Shown in pieces: positions 1-11,830 of a stretch of DNA of 64,000 bases. The position numbers were made by a program, and so were the translations under genes. Origin of the DNA: Camelus dromedarius (lineage: Eukaryota); contig NC_087438.1 in NCBI RefSeq assembly GCF_036321535.1, forward strand, positions 8,186,001-8,250,000, written 5' to 3'. The notes under the pieces were generated by a model. That model made no database searches. It saw only the letters and a program-made list of their open reading frames with translations, and was not told the origin of the DNA. Positions within the stretch are counted from its first letter, which is position 1. Every line of letters starts with the position of its first letter.

Positions 1-264
1 AACTAACAGCGACAAATAGCAGGTGGCATTATAGAGCCCGGGAACCCACTGAGGACTGTGAAGTGGAGGTGGAGGCTGTGCATCCAGAGGATAAAGACAC
101 ACGGAGCTCAGAAAAGCAGACTCTGAAATCATCTGGTCCCCACTGACTCCACTGAGTCACAACCAACCCTAATTGTCACTTCGTGAGAAGTGAGATGCTA
201 AATTAATTTGTTAGATTGGTTGGTTTCTCTGTTACAGGCAGCTAATAGCATCCTAACTGATACA
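1..264 (+). mobile_element. Old MLT1 (ERVL-MaLR) LTR, 3' part
   Basis: Ends in ...tctctgttacaggcagctaatagcatcctaactgataca, the typical 3' terminus of older MLT1 LTRs; truncated by the window start. Confidence 0.7.
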
Positions 265-279
265 ATATTACTATTTTTT

Positions 280-455
280 AGATGGCCCTTAGTGCAATAT
301 GAAATTATATTATCCATTGCTCAGTTATCTATCATCTGTCTCCTTCACTGGAATACACTTTCTTTGTAAAGAAAAGATAGTTTCCATCTCATTCTCTGCT
401 GTATCCCCAATATCCACAATGTCTGGCACACAGACACTGAATAAATGTTGACTTA
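280..455 (+). mobile_element. L2 LINE 3' end fragment
   Basis: ctgtatccccaatatccacaatgtctggcacacag...aataaatgttg resembles the L2 3' tail. Confidence 0.6.
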
Positions 456-1550
456 ACATAAGGCAGCTTTTGTTGGATCCAATGAATATAACATCAGTCC
501 AAGGAATTCACCATCTTTACAGTTGCCAGATAGCATGATCTAATGCAGTTTTATTCCAAGAGATTTGGAAAGATCCCTTCTTTTCATAGAATTAGCATAA
601 GCCAAGTGCTGGAAAAATCCTTCTCAGATTTAGCAAAGAGCTGGTCTGTCTACACTGAACTACACATCTCTTTATCCCACACTCCTTGCCTTCTGAAGAT
701 CTTGGCTTCAACAGGCTCTCAACCTAACATCGTTTTTATAAAATGAGTTACTGCTTACATTTCTATAATACATATAGTAAATTTCACTTGGAAGATTCTT
801 TCCTTGGGCCGCCATATATGTCAAAATCTGGATCAGTCAAAGGTGCTACTGGTAAATTCTATCATAAAAACTACAGAGCACATTATTCCACATGTCATGT
901 CATCCTAAAAATTTCTAGGACTAGAGTGTTGGGCTGCATGTCACACTGTGCAATGGAACAGTCATGCCTCCAGTGATGGTGTCAGTGGGTAAAACTTAAA
1001 GCTCTTAAAAATGACTAACACCACTGGAGAGAGTTGTATTGTCAATGATCACATCCATTTGTTCAATATGTTAGTACTGGGAAGCGAAGCCAACAGCTCC
1101 CCGGGTTTGCTCCACTAACGCCCAGCTCACAGCGGGCTTCTGCTAGAAGTCTCGTATTATCAAAGCTTCAAGACAATGCATGAGTTTCTGGAAAGATACC
1201 AATTTCAAATTTAAAAATACGTTCCAGAGTAGGCCTCTATGCAAGTTCTCTCATATTTCTGAACAAAAAAATGAGTTCAATCATTAACCACTAATAGAGA
1301 GTGAACTGTGTCCTGGCTGTCTCCCTTCTACAGATTATCAGGTCAATATATGTTACCGTTGAAATTCTTGAAACAGTAGATTTATATTTAAGATAAAAAT
1401 GAACCATGTTCCACAGCTAAGAGATAGAAACATAAAATTATACTAATATGCAACATAACCAAAGGTATCCTGTTTTTCAGGAGTGTATTATAATTGGCAT
1501 ATGTGACATTGTCCCTATTGTTAACATTTTTCCTATATTATCTCATTAAA

Positions 1551-2083
1551 AATTAACGGCTGATACCTCACTATAGTTTTGATTTACATTTCTCTGATGA
1601 TTAGCAATATTGAGCATTTTTTCATGTGCCTATTGGCCATTTGTATGTCTTCAGCAACATACATGGACCTGGAGATTGTCAGTCTAAGTGAAGTAAGCCA
1701 GAAAGATAAAGAAAAATACCATACAATATCACTTATATGTGGAATCTTAAAAAAAAGACAAATGAACTTATTTACAAAACAGAAACAGACTCACAGACAT
1801 AAGAAACAAACTTATGGTTACCAGGGGGTAAAGGAGTGGGAAGAGATAAATTGAGAGTTCAAGATTTGCAGATACTGACTGGTATATATAAAATAAATAA
1901 ACAACAAGTTTGCACTGTATAGCACAGGGAACTATATTTGATTTCTTGTAGTAACTTATGGTATAAAAGAATATGAAAATGAATATATGTATGTTCACGT
2001 ATGACTGCAGCATTGTGCTGTACACCACAACACTGAAAACTGACTATGCGTCAAGAAAAGATGTATATATAATTAATGACTGA
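1551..2083 (+). mobile_element. 5'-inverted (twin-primed) L1 3' fragment with TSD
   Basis: About 1561-1652 is antisense L1 (gatttacatttctctgatgattagcaatattgagc); about 1653-2070 is sense L1 ORF2-end/3'UTR (atggacctggagattgtc...). Flanked by aattaacggctga (1551-1563) and aattaatgactga (2071-2083). Confidence 0.85.
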
Positions 2084-2099
2084 ATATTGATCTAATCAA

Positions 2100-2960
2100 T
2101 GAATGCATTGTGATTTTTTAAAACTATGCATCTTTTATTGAGGATTACTTTGTGTTTTTCTTATTAAATTATAACTAAATTTTTATGCGTATCTTTTTTT
2201 TCTATTTCCTTAGGATTGATTTCTGCACACTGAATTAAAGGGTCAGTGTTTGTAACCGTTTTTAAGGATGGCAGACACAGTGCCACTTAAAAAATTGTGA
2301 GACTATCTTCTGTCCCTGTCTGTAGTTTGTAAGTGTCATAGGGGTCACCACAATCAAGCTAGCACTGGGGATTACAAAATGTGTATTTCTCAGTTTTGTA
2401 GGTAAAAGTGGTGCATCTTCTGGTTTTACTCTGCTTGGGCTGCTAAAACAATATCAGAGACTAGGTGCCTTCTAAGTAACAGACACTCACTTTCTGCAGT
2501 TCTAGAGACTAGAAACCAGAGACCAGGGGTGCAGCATGATCTGCTCTAGTGAGGACCCTCCTCCGGCTGCAGAGTTGTTTTCTTACACCCTTCCATGGCA
2601 GACAGGGGGCTGGAGAGCTCTCTGGGTCTCTTTTATTAGAGCAGTAATCTCATTCATAAAGTTCCACCACCCCCTCGCCCCACCCAGCACATTGGGGATT
2701 AGAATTTCAATCTATGAATTTAGGGGGACACAAACATCAGTCCATAACACTTCTTTTGACTTTGGTTTCTTCGATTTTTTTTTTTTTAAGTTTGACCCCA
2801 TTTTTATTTATTTTGTAAATATGTCCTCTTTTCTGGGTAATTTTCTGTTCTTGCCGTTTGCACACTTTTCCATTAGAATTTTTTTAATTTTTCTGTTGTT
2901 ATTTGAAAGTACTCTTTCTTTATTCATAATACTAACAATTCATTATTCTCATTTCAAATG
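2100..2960 (-). mobile_element. Old L1M fragment interrupted by an MLT1 LTR
   Basis: T-rich antisense L1-like sequence (ttccttaggattgattt, ttttctgttcttgccgtttgcacacttttc) on both sides of the LTR at about 2421-2749. Confidence 0.5.
2421..2749 (-). mobile_element. MLT1A-like LTR
   Basis: tgcttgggctgctaaaacaatatcagagactaggtgcctt...gaatttagggggacacaaacatcagtccataaca matches the reverse of the MLT1A consensus as I recall it. Confidence 0.8.
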
Positions 2961-4586
2961 TCTAGTGTCTCTTAATACACTCTTCTCCTTGCTACAAGCT
3001 ATCATAGAGGGTAGATCTAAGAAGGGAATAGGGGAGCAGTCTTCAATACACAGGAGTACTTTACTGTGGCAACATTTCTGTGGTTTAGAGAGACTTTAAA
3101 AAAAGGACACAAATATTAACTTTAGGACCAGAGTCTCTTATAATGCATGTTAGGCTTACATATACGATACGTATCCATTTCTGATTTAGAAATATATCTT
3201 AAGTGTAATAATCAGAATATTGAAGTACTATATAAGCTTTTAATCTGGACAAAAAAAGGCTTTGTAGATCAGCTAATAGAGAAACCATATTTTATATGAG
3301 TCGAACGCTGGAGGCACCATATTTCCCTAAGCTCACCCTACTTTTGTTGCAGAGTCAGAGTTAGAACCAGGGGCTTTAGAAACATACCAAGCAGCGTAAA
3401 CTTCTCCCCCTAGTTGTGTGTGCCAGCGACACACACAAGCCTTGTATTCTTTGAAAATACTCCATCAGAATTCTCTTAGGAATGGCAATATTACAATACC
3501 ATCAGGCTGAAATGCTAAATTCTAATGGCACATTATTTATTATGAAAGATTTTCAACTTTTACTTATAACATTCACACATTTTTAACTTATATCCTTATA
3601 ACATTCACACATTAAAGGTGTAATATGTTTGCCTAAATTCTATGATATGCCTATTTTAAATTTGTAACAGAAAACTAGGACTTACTCAAATTAAACAATA
3701 CATGTGAATAATACATTCTTTCATTTAAAAGAAATAAATGCAATGGCATCTCCTTCTCCTTCGCATTATCTTTTAGTTATTTATACCCAAATAAGTACAA
3801 CGGGCAAAGCATAGCGTTCCCCAAATTGCTTCTCTCTGTTGTTTGCCCCTAGAGTGATACTTGCCATGGTGATTACAAGGATAATCCCAGACATAATTGT
3901 AAGTTCTAAGGCTAAGCATGCTTCAGGAAGAAACTTTAAAAACAACGGATTAGCTTATTTTAATGATGCTACATGTTTGCGTGGATAAGAGCTATTACGT
4001 CCCTCAGGGCTAAGCACCCAATGCTGGCCCAGACGGGATGCAAAACCAGGCTACAGAACATCAATAAAAAGAGCAAACGGAATTCAATATTTGCCTTTTT
4101 TCTAACCTAGTCTTCCAACTATTATGGCTGATACAGTTTTTTGGCAAGTCTCTGAATTAATGAAGAGACTATACTGGTAAATAGAAATGCATTTCATGCT
4201 CTACAACGGGACACTGGGTTTCTGTGGAAAGATACACCCGAAAATAATAACAAAATTTTATGGTTTTTCTAAAAAAAAAAAATCAAAATCAAAAACCCAA
4301 TTTAATTTAAACCTTTTTAAAATTCCAGGAAGTCTCAAGGTTTTTAGAAATGCAAATATTTTACATCATACAATTTCACAAATGCTAATACAGAATTCCA
4401 AACATACGTGTATATATATGTGACTGAAAGCACTGGTGTTTAGGGAGGAGTTGGGAGATTGCTGTCAAACCGCTCCTTCTCACAGGAAACTCACTTTCTA
4501 CAACTCACTCTGCTGAAATTTTAAAGATTTTGTTTTGGGGCCCAATGATGGATGCTTTCATCGAACAGTATCTAAAACTTTGTTGA

Positions 4587-4747
4587 TTTTTATTTTTATT
4601 TTATTGAGGGATCGTCCGTTTACCATGTGTTAATTTCTGGTGTACGCACAGTGATTCAGTTACACGTATATGTTCCTTTGTATATTCTTTTTCATTATAG
4701 GCTATAACAAGCTATTGAATACAGTTCCCTGTGCTGTCCAGTAGGAC
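4587..4747 (-). mobile_element. L1 3' terminus (short, antisense)
   Basis: T-rich tail followed by tttctggtgtacgcacagtgattcagtta...gaatacagttccctgtgctgt, the reverse complement of the L1 3'UTR seen at 5485-5690 and 9.4 kb. Confidence 0.85.
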
Positions 4748-5109
4748 ATTTTTTTAAGAAGCAAAATACAGTGAGGTGCTGAGTGACGAGATTACTGAAG
4801 GTTCTATTAGTTCCGTCTATCCTCTGTGGCCTGCTACAAGCCAACAAGCCTTCAGACCTGTGTCAAATCATTTATACGAGATTGGTTGTTTTCAGGAAGA
4901 AAAGAAGCTCAGACGCGAAAACTAAAACTTCTCTGGAAATACTTCATTTAAATGAAAATCTGAAGAATTTTGTGCTTTGCAGACCATGTGCACACACTTG
5001 TTTGAAGTGCAAGTGTTTGAAACCCATCATAATATATGTATATTACATTGATCAACATTAGGTTGAAGGAGGAAATTCCTGGAGAAAAATCTATCTCATC
5101 AGCAGCTAC

Positions 5110-5330
5110 CAGTGATGAGTTTGATGAGTCCCTGCCTGTTTCAGGTGCTTTACACATGCAACTGTGACTGTGTCGCTGTCCTGAAAAGCAAGTAGCACCA
5201 TCTCCATTTTTCAGGCTTGGGAACTGAAGTGACCTGCCAAAGGCCACAGAGCTAGAAAGTGACAGAGGAAGCTGGAGTTTAATCCCAGATCTCAGCAACT
5301 TCAAAACCTGTGCCATCTCCACAATGCCCC
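5110..5330 (-). mobile_element. MIR SINE
   Basis: ccatttttcagg...aagtgacctgccaaaggccacagagctagaaagtgacagag...tttaatcccagatct is the reverse MIR core. Confidence 0.75.
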
Positions 5331-5470
5331 TCTCCTAAAACAGTGCTTCTTACTTATCACGGACACAACTACTGTACCCGTAAGTCTTCAACACCGTCGT
5401 AAGTTAGCGGGTCAATGTCGGTGAGAGCTAATATAAGAGGCTGATTTCTAAGATCTAAAATCGTGTAATC

Positions 5471-5700
5471 AAGAGTGATGTCAGGGATTTGCAAGTACAA
5501 ATGACTACGTATAAAATAGATAAGCAACAAGGTCCTACTGTCCAGCACAGGGAACGATATTCAATAGCTTGTAATAGCCTACAATGAAAAAGAATCTATA
5601 TATGTATAACTGAATCATTATGCTGCACACCAGAAATTAACACAACGTTGTAAACCAAATATACTTCAATAAAAAAAAAAAAAAAAAAGAGTGAAATCAG
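5471..5700 (+). mobile_element. Heavily 5'-truncated young L1 with poly(A) and TSD
   Basis: L1 3'UTR ending atacttcaataaa plus an A-tail; TSD aagagtgatgtcag (5471-5484) / aagagtgaaatcag (5687-5700). Confidence 0.9.
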
Positions 5701-6514
5701 CAGCCACTATGAGCTGCCCCAATGTTTTGCAAAACGTTTTAGCTCTCTTTGGAGAGAGGCCCCTTAAGAACATGAAACTATGTCACGTTTCTAGAGACCT
5801 AAATCATAATCTCTCTCCCATTGTCCTGCAATGCTCTAATCACTGGAAAACTTGTCATTGCTTATTGTAAGTCATACGGAGTCGGAACCAAAATGACTGG
5901 ACTCAGAATTATTTATGACAGACGGGGAGAGTCTGCCATCTAGGCAAGGCTCTATTCTAGTTCTAGTACACTGAAAAAGTATATAACCCAGTAACGCCAG
6001 CCATGATGTAGCCCTCCCCTCAAAAAAAACCCTCTTAAAAACAAATTCAAAATCGCATTCATGTAATTGAAGCATTTTGTTTTTCATCAGGTAAAGATAT
6101 AGCGTGATTCTCTCTCTTTTCCCTTCCATACCTACTTGTATTCTTCCTTTGGAAGATCATTCTATTTGTTTTTGCTAGATTTATATCACTCTGCTTGAAA
6201 GTCGTTTCATATTTGATGGCAAGTAATGTTTTAAAAATAACAAATAGGATTGATTTATTGAGAACTGAGACTCATTCTCTTATGGAGTACTGTTAACTAT
6301 AAAAATTTGCCTTATCAACATTAACACTTTATAAGCTTTAACATATTTAAAAGGAGCCACAGGCTGAAGTAATTGTTAAGTAGCAAATTATTTACTTTGA
6401 TCCCCTCCATATGGGTTGTCCTATATTCTCTGTGACACTTCTGTGATGATATTAGGATTCTACTTATTAAAATATAATAAAGAAATAAATATATAAAGAA
6501 AGGAATAAAGAAAG

Positions 6515-7150
6515 AAATAGATGAGGGTAATTAAGAGATACAAACTTCCAGTTGCAAAATAAATGAGTCACTGGTATGAAATGTACAATGTCGGGAATAT
6601 AATCAATAACTAAGTAATATCTTTGTGATGACTCGTCAAGATAAGTAGGCTGATCTGGGTGATCATTTTGAAACGCATAGAAAAAAATCGCTATGTTGTG
6701 TAACAGGAACTAACGTAGTGTTGTAGGTCGATTATACCTCAAAAATAAACAACCATACAAACAAACTCACAGAAAAAGGGATCAGATCTGTGGTTACCAG
6801 AGACGGGGTGGGGGAAGGAGGAACTGGATGAAGCCAATCAAAAGATGCAAACTTCCAGTTATAAGATGAATGAGTGCTGGGGATGTAGTATACAACACGA
6901 TAAACATAATTAACACTGCTGTATGTTGTACATGAAAGTTAAGAGAGTGAATCCTAAGAGTTCTCATCATACACACAACATTTTTTTCTCTATTTATTTC
7001 ATTTCATTTTTATATGGGATGATGGATGGTCACTGAATTTCCTGTGATAATCATTTCATGATGTATGTAAGTCAAATCAATTTTCTGTATACCTTAAACT
7101 TGTACAGGGTTGTATATCAATTATCTCAATAAAATTGGGAGAAAAAAATA
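6515..7150 (+). mobile_element. L1MA-type 3' UTR fragment(s)
   Basis: atacaaacttccagttgcaaaataaatgagtcac, tggttaccagagacggggtggggg and terminal tatcaattatctcaataaaattgggagaaaaaaa are characteristic of older L1 3' ends. Confidence 0.8.
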
Positions 7151-7584
7151 AGATTAGCATTCCACCATTTTGTTTTCTATGTTCTAAATCAATTTTAGTT
7201 ATAGTCAAATCAAATGTAATTTTTGTTTAGAGAATTCTGCTGATTTCTCCATGCTATGCACTCTTAAGATATAATATAATAGAATATCAATAACAGAAAG
7301 TTTCTTTTTTGAGAAAAGTAACAAATTTTTTTTTTTGAGAAAGGTAATCTTTTGGATTCTCTCTTACAAATAAGAGAAATTTTCTGAGTACCAGGAAACA
7401 GAATGCTGGCAAATGATTTAACTCTCCCTTTGCATCATGACATTGAAGTTGGAAGTACTTAATGCTTTCCAGGTCTAAGCTGGACAAGATAGAGATGGAA
7501 CATCTGTTTTTTGTTGGTTTTTCTCAGTATATTTAAGAAGAACGCATAGTGCCAGTTTCTGTACACTACTCAAACATTTGTAGT

Positions 7585-9548
7585 AAGAAATTAATGTACA
7601 AAAATCAGTTGCACTTCTATATACTAACAACAAATATCAGAAAAAGAAATTAAGGAAACAATTCCATTTACCATCACATCAAAAAGAATAAAACACTTAG
7701 GAATAAACCTACCTAAGGAGGCAAAGGACTTGTCTCCAAAAACTATGACATTGATGAAAGAAATTGAAGATGACAAAAACATATGGAAAGATATACCACA
7801 TTATTGGTTTGGAAGAATAAATATTGCTAAAATGGCTTTACTATCCAGGGCAATATATGGATTCAATGCAATCCCTGTCAAATTACCAATGACATTTTTC
7901 ACTGAACTGGAACAAAAAATGTTAAAATTTGTATGGAAACACAAAAGACCACAAATAGCCTAAACAATCTTGAGAAAGAAGAATGGAGCTGGAAGAATCA
8001 CGTGCTCTGACTTCAGACTATGCTACAAAGTTATAATAATCAAAACAGTGTGGCACTGGCACAAAAACAGACACATGGATCAAAGGAACAGGATACAAAG
8101 TTCAGAAATTAATCCACTCACTCATGGTCAATTAATCTACAACAAAGGAAGCAAGAATACACAATGGAAAAAGACAATCTCTTCAATAAGTGGTGCTGGG
8201 AAAACTGGACAGCTACGTGTGAAATAATGAAATTAGAACAGTCTCTAACACTATATACAAAAATAAACTCAAAATGGATTAAACAGCTAAATATAAGACC
8301 AGATACTATAAAACTCCTAGAGGAAAACATAGGCAGAACATTCTTTGACATACATCACAGCAATATTTTTTCTGAACCAGCTCTGAGAGTAATGGAAATA
8401 AAAGCAAAAAGAAACAAATGGGACCTAATTAAACTTGAAAGCTTTTGCACAGCTAAGGATACCATCAACAAAACAAAAAGACAATCTACGGAATGGGAGA
8501 AAATACTTGCAAATGACGTGACTGACAAGGGACTAATTTCCAAAATACACAAAGAGCTCATACAGCTTAATACCAAAAAAAACAAGCAAACTTATCAAAA
8601 AATGGGCAGAAAACCTAAACAGACATTTCTCCAAAGAAGACATCCAGATGGCCAACAGGCGCATGAAAAGATGTTCAATATCATTAATTATTAGAGAAAT
8701 GCAAATCAAAACTACAATGAGATATAACCTCACCCAATCAGAATGGCCATCATTAAAAAGTCTACAAATAGTAAATGTTGGAGAGGATGTGGAGAAAAAT
8801 GAATCCTCCTACACTGTTGGTGAAAATGTAAATTGGTGCAGCCACCGTGGAGAACAGTATGGAAGTTCCTTAAAAAACTAAAAATAGACTTACTATATGA
8901 TCCAGTAATCCCACTCCTGGGCATATATCTGGAGAAAACTAATTTGAAAAGGCGCATGTACCTAATGTTCGCAGCAGTGCTATCTACAAGAGCCACAACA
9001 TGGAAACAACATAAATGTCCATCCACAGATGACTAGATAAAGAAGTTGTGGTATGTGTGTGTGTGTGTGTGTGTGTCTGTGTGTATGGAATGGAATATTA
9101 CTCAGCCATAGAAAAGAATGAAATAATGCCATTTTCAGTAACACGGATGGCCCTAGAGATTAAGTGAAGTAAGTCAGACAAAGACAAATATCATATGATG
9201 TCATTTATATGTGGAATCTAAAAAAAAAATACATATTTTATTTACAAACCAGAAATAGACTTATGGACATAGAAAATAAACTGGTTACCAGGTGGGAAGG
9301 GATGGGGAGGGATAGATTAGGATTTGGGATTAACAGACACACATTACTATACATAAAATAGATAAACAACAAGGACCTACTGTATAGCACAGGGAACTAT
9401 ATTCAACTTCTTGTAATGAGCTGTAAAGGAAAAGAATCTAAAAAAATATATATGTGTGTAAATGCATAACTGAATCACTTTGCTGTACACAAGAAACCAA
9501 CATTGTAAATCGACTACACTTCAGTGAAAAATAAGAATTACAAAAAAA
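7585..9548 (+). mobile_element. 5'-truncated L1, dead ORF2 C-terminal part plus 3'UTR (~2 kb)
   Basis: ORF-track peptides are L1 ORF2p-like ([67 protein letters not shown]) but broken by stops and frameshifts; followed by the L1 3'UTR and an A-rich tail. Confidence 0.95.
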
Positions 9549-11119
9549 GGCCAAGGGTAGGACTGAAATGTGGAACTGACATAGACTTTAAAGGCTGCTT
9601 TACTGAGATGCAGAGAAGGAAAAGAAAATAAGTATTATTTTCCGTTTGCTTCCAAGGTGAAGCATGGTACAAAGAACTCTGTTTCACCAGGTAAGAGTAA
9701 TAATAACACTGTTTTCTGGACCGCCTTCTAATTTTTTTCCAGGTCACTTTATCACAAGTTATGACCATGAACCTCCCACTGTTGGTGCAAATAATGTGTC
9801 CAAACCACGTATGTTTGTGTGACGCACACTGTCTGGCACAGAGGTGGCACACCCGTACGGTCTTATGATGAGACTGATCTGGGTTTAGATTTCTAAGTAT
9901 CCACCAAAAATTTCAAATTAAATGGCAAGAGGTGACATTTGAAGTCTCTTTCAGAGACAGCTTAGAGAGTTCTGTGGGAATCCTTCCCTCCTCCTTCCTT
10001 CCTCCTTTGTGCCTTTCAGTTTTTGATGCGTTAGTTTAAGAATCAATCATCTTGTCATTCAAGAAGTGATCCTCCATTTCGAACAGGAGAGAAAAATAAG
10101 GGCGTGAGAAAAAACGGCTTTTCACTTTAAATAATGGTAACTAATGCTTATCAAGGAAGGTTTGTTCCGCTCAGAATTAAAGTGATCACATATGATAGGA
10201 GTTTAGCATTTTGCTTTCCATCCAAACCAAGACTGCTTGCTCAAGCGCCTTTGCGAAACAACACAAGATTACTTAAATGCTACCAGATTCTGTCAGCATA
10301 AACCTTCCCCATTGGCAATGGGACTTTATTTATTTAGGGGAAAAAATGAAACTTTTTGTATGCCAGGAAAATGAATGCCACTAAATTAATACAGTGAAAG
10401 GCAACGGAACTTTTACCCACTGTTATGAATTGGTCTTTGCACAGTACAGCATCCACAAGACTGCAAATTCTATTTCTGTCTTTAACCACTTGGCCAAATG
10501 CGCACTTATTACCATCACTCATTTGGAATCTAATTCAATCATCTGGGCAATAGATTTTAATGGGTTCTGTTCTGCTTGATATGCCCCACGGGAAGAAGGA
10601 TTGTGTTTGGTGTTCTTCCGTGCATCAAGGAGACAGCATTGTTGGTTTGACCCACGTGTAAAAATAGGCTCGCTCTGCACGTTTGCTGCACAAAATAGGG
10701 CGTGGCAAGCATGTATCAGAGAACCGTTTTAGGGAAAGCCTCCAGTTTTTCCCAATATTCTCTTTATAGCAACAGGAAGTGATGCACAGATTTATGGTCT
10801 CACATCTGGGGTTACTAGACACAGGTGCCATGAGCCAGCAGAGAGCCAAGTCACATGTGAGTAGAGAAAATTCTTCTCGAGCATTTAGTTGCACATTTCT
10901 ACATTTGAACCCTAATACCCGGGAAGGGAAGGTAGCCTTCATTAGTCTCTGTTATTTAAAAATTTTATCACAGGCTACTTTTTCCCAAGGGTATTATCCA
11001 GAATAAAGGTCTAGGAGAATTTAAGTACAGATAATGCCAAAACTTAAAATTTTCCAGAAGTGGCATTGTTATGTATATATTAGCTCCCCGATGGAGAAGC
11101 AAGATTAACTCACATTATA

Positions 11120-11285
11120 TTTGCATGACAGTGGGCATGCCATTAATTCATATGACATCCTTCATAGTATTATGCACATTTTTAAGATCAAAAGAAATGA
11201 CATCATTTGTTCAAGGTCACAGAGCTGGTCAGTGGTGGTACCAGGGCTCTTGACTCCACAGTTGGCACTCTTTCCACATTCTCTT
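11120..11285 (-). mobile_element. MIR SINE fragment
   Basis: atttgttcaaggtcacagagctggtcagtggtggtaccagggctcttgactcca is the reverse MIR core. Confidence 0.6.
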
Positions 11286-11649
11286 CTTAAGAAATTAGAA
11301 TACTCATTGATTCTTCGTTGATAAAGAAGAGATGATTTACCCTTAAGAGACGCTTTAGCTCCTAAGGGCCATAATTGATTATTCTCCAAATGCAGGCTCT
11401 TTTGGCCACCTTTCAATTCCGTCACAGGAATTTAGGCACATTCACAGCCTCCCTTAGAAAAGACCCTTGCCAACATTTTTGGTGACTCCAAGATCCGAAA
11501 ACATGACCCTTCATCTCCTTATCTGTCTCCACTGCTAAGACATCTGCTTCCAACCCATTTCATCTGCCCCCTGGAGTCCACGGTCATCTCTCTGACTGAA
11601 GCCCCTTAGAAATGTAATCATAGTAGCTGAGAAGAGGCAAAACAGCACC

Positions 11650-11830
11650 GTGTTACTTGCTCTGGAATCTGATCCCCAGGCTGCAACCCTGTTCGAATTC
11701 TGTAGTTTACTAGATGGGCAAGTTTTAATGTCACAGTCCTCAAAGAGCTGGTAAAATTAAACAAGCTAATAACACACATAAAGAGGCAAACAATCTGGTA
11801 TTTAGTTGGTGCTGAATAAACAGCATCTTG
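11650..11830 (+). mobile_element. MIR SINE fragment
   Basis: gctctggaatctga...gttcgaattctg...tactagatgggcaagtttt...tagttggtgctgaataaa. Confidence 0.55.

Noticed and set aside
2536..3099. Longest ORF in the track (187 aa)
   Set aside because: It runs through an MLT1 LTR and T-rich antisense L1, giving a low-complexity F/L-rich translation with no recognisable domain.
7730..9036. Overlapping ORFs with reverse-transcriptase-family-like peptides
   Set aside because: They are fragments of a 5'-truncated, frameshifted L1 ORF2, not a host gene or a novel RT system.
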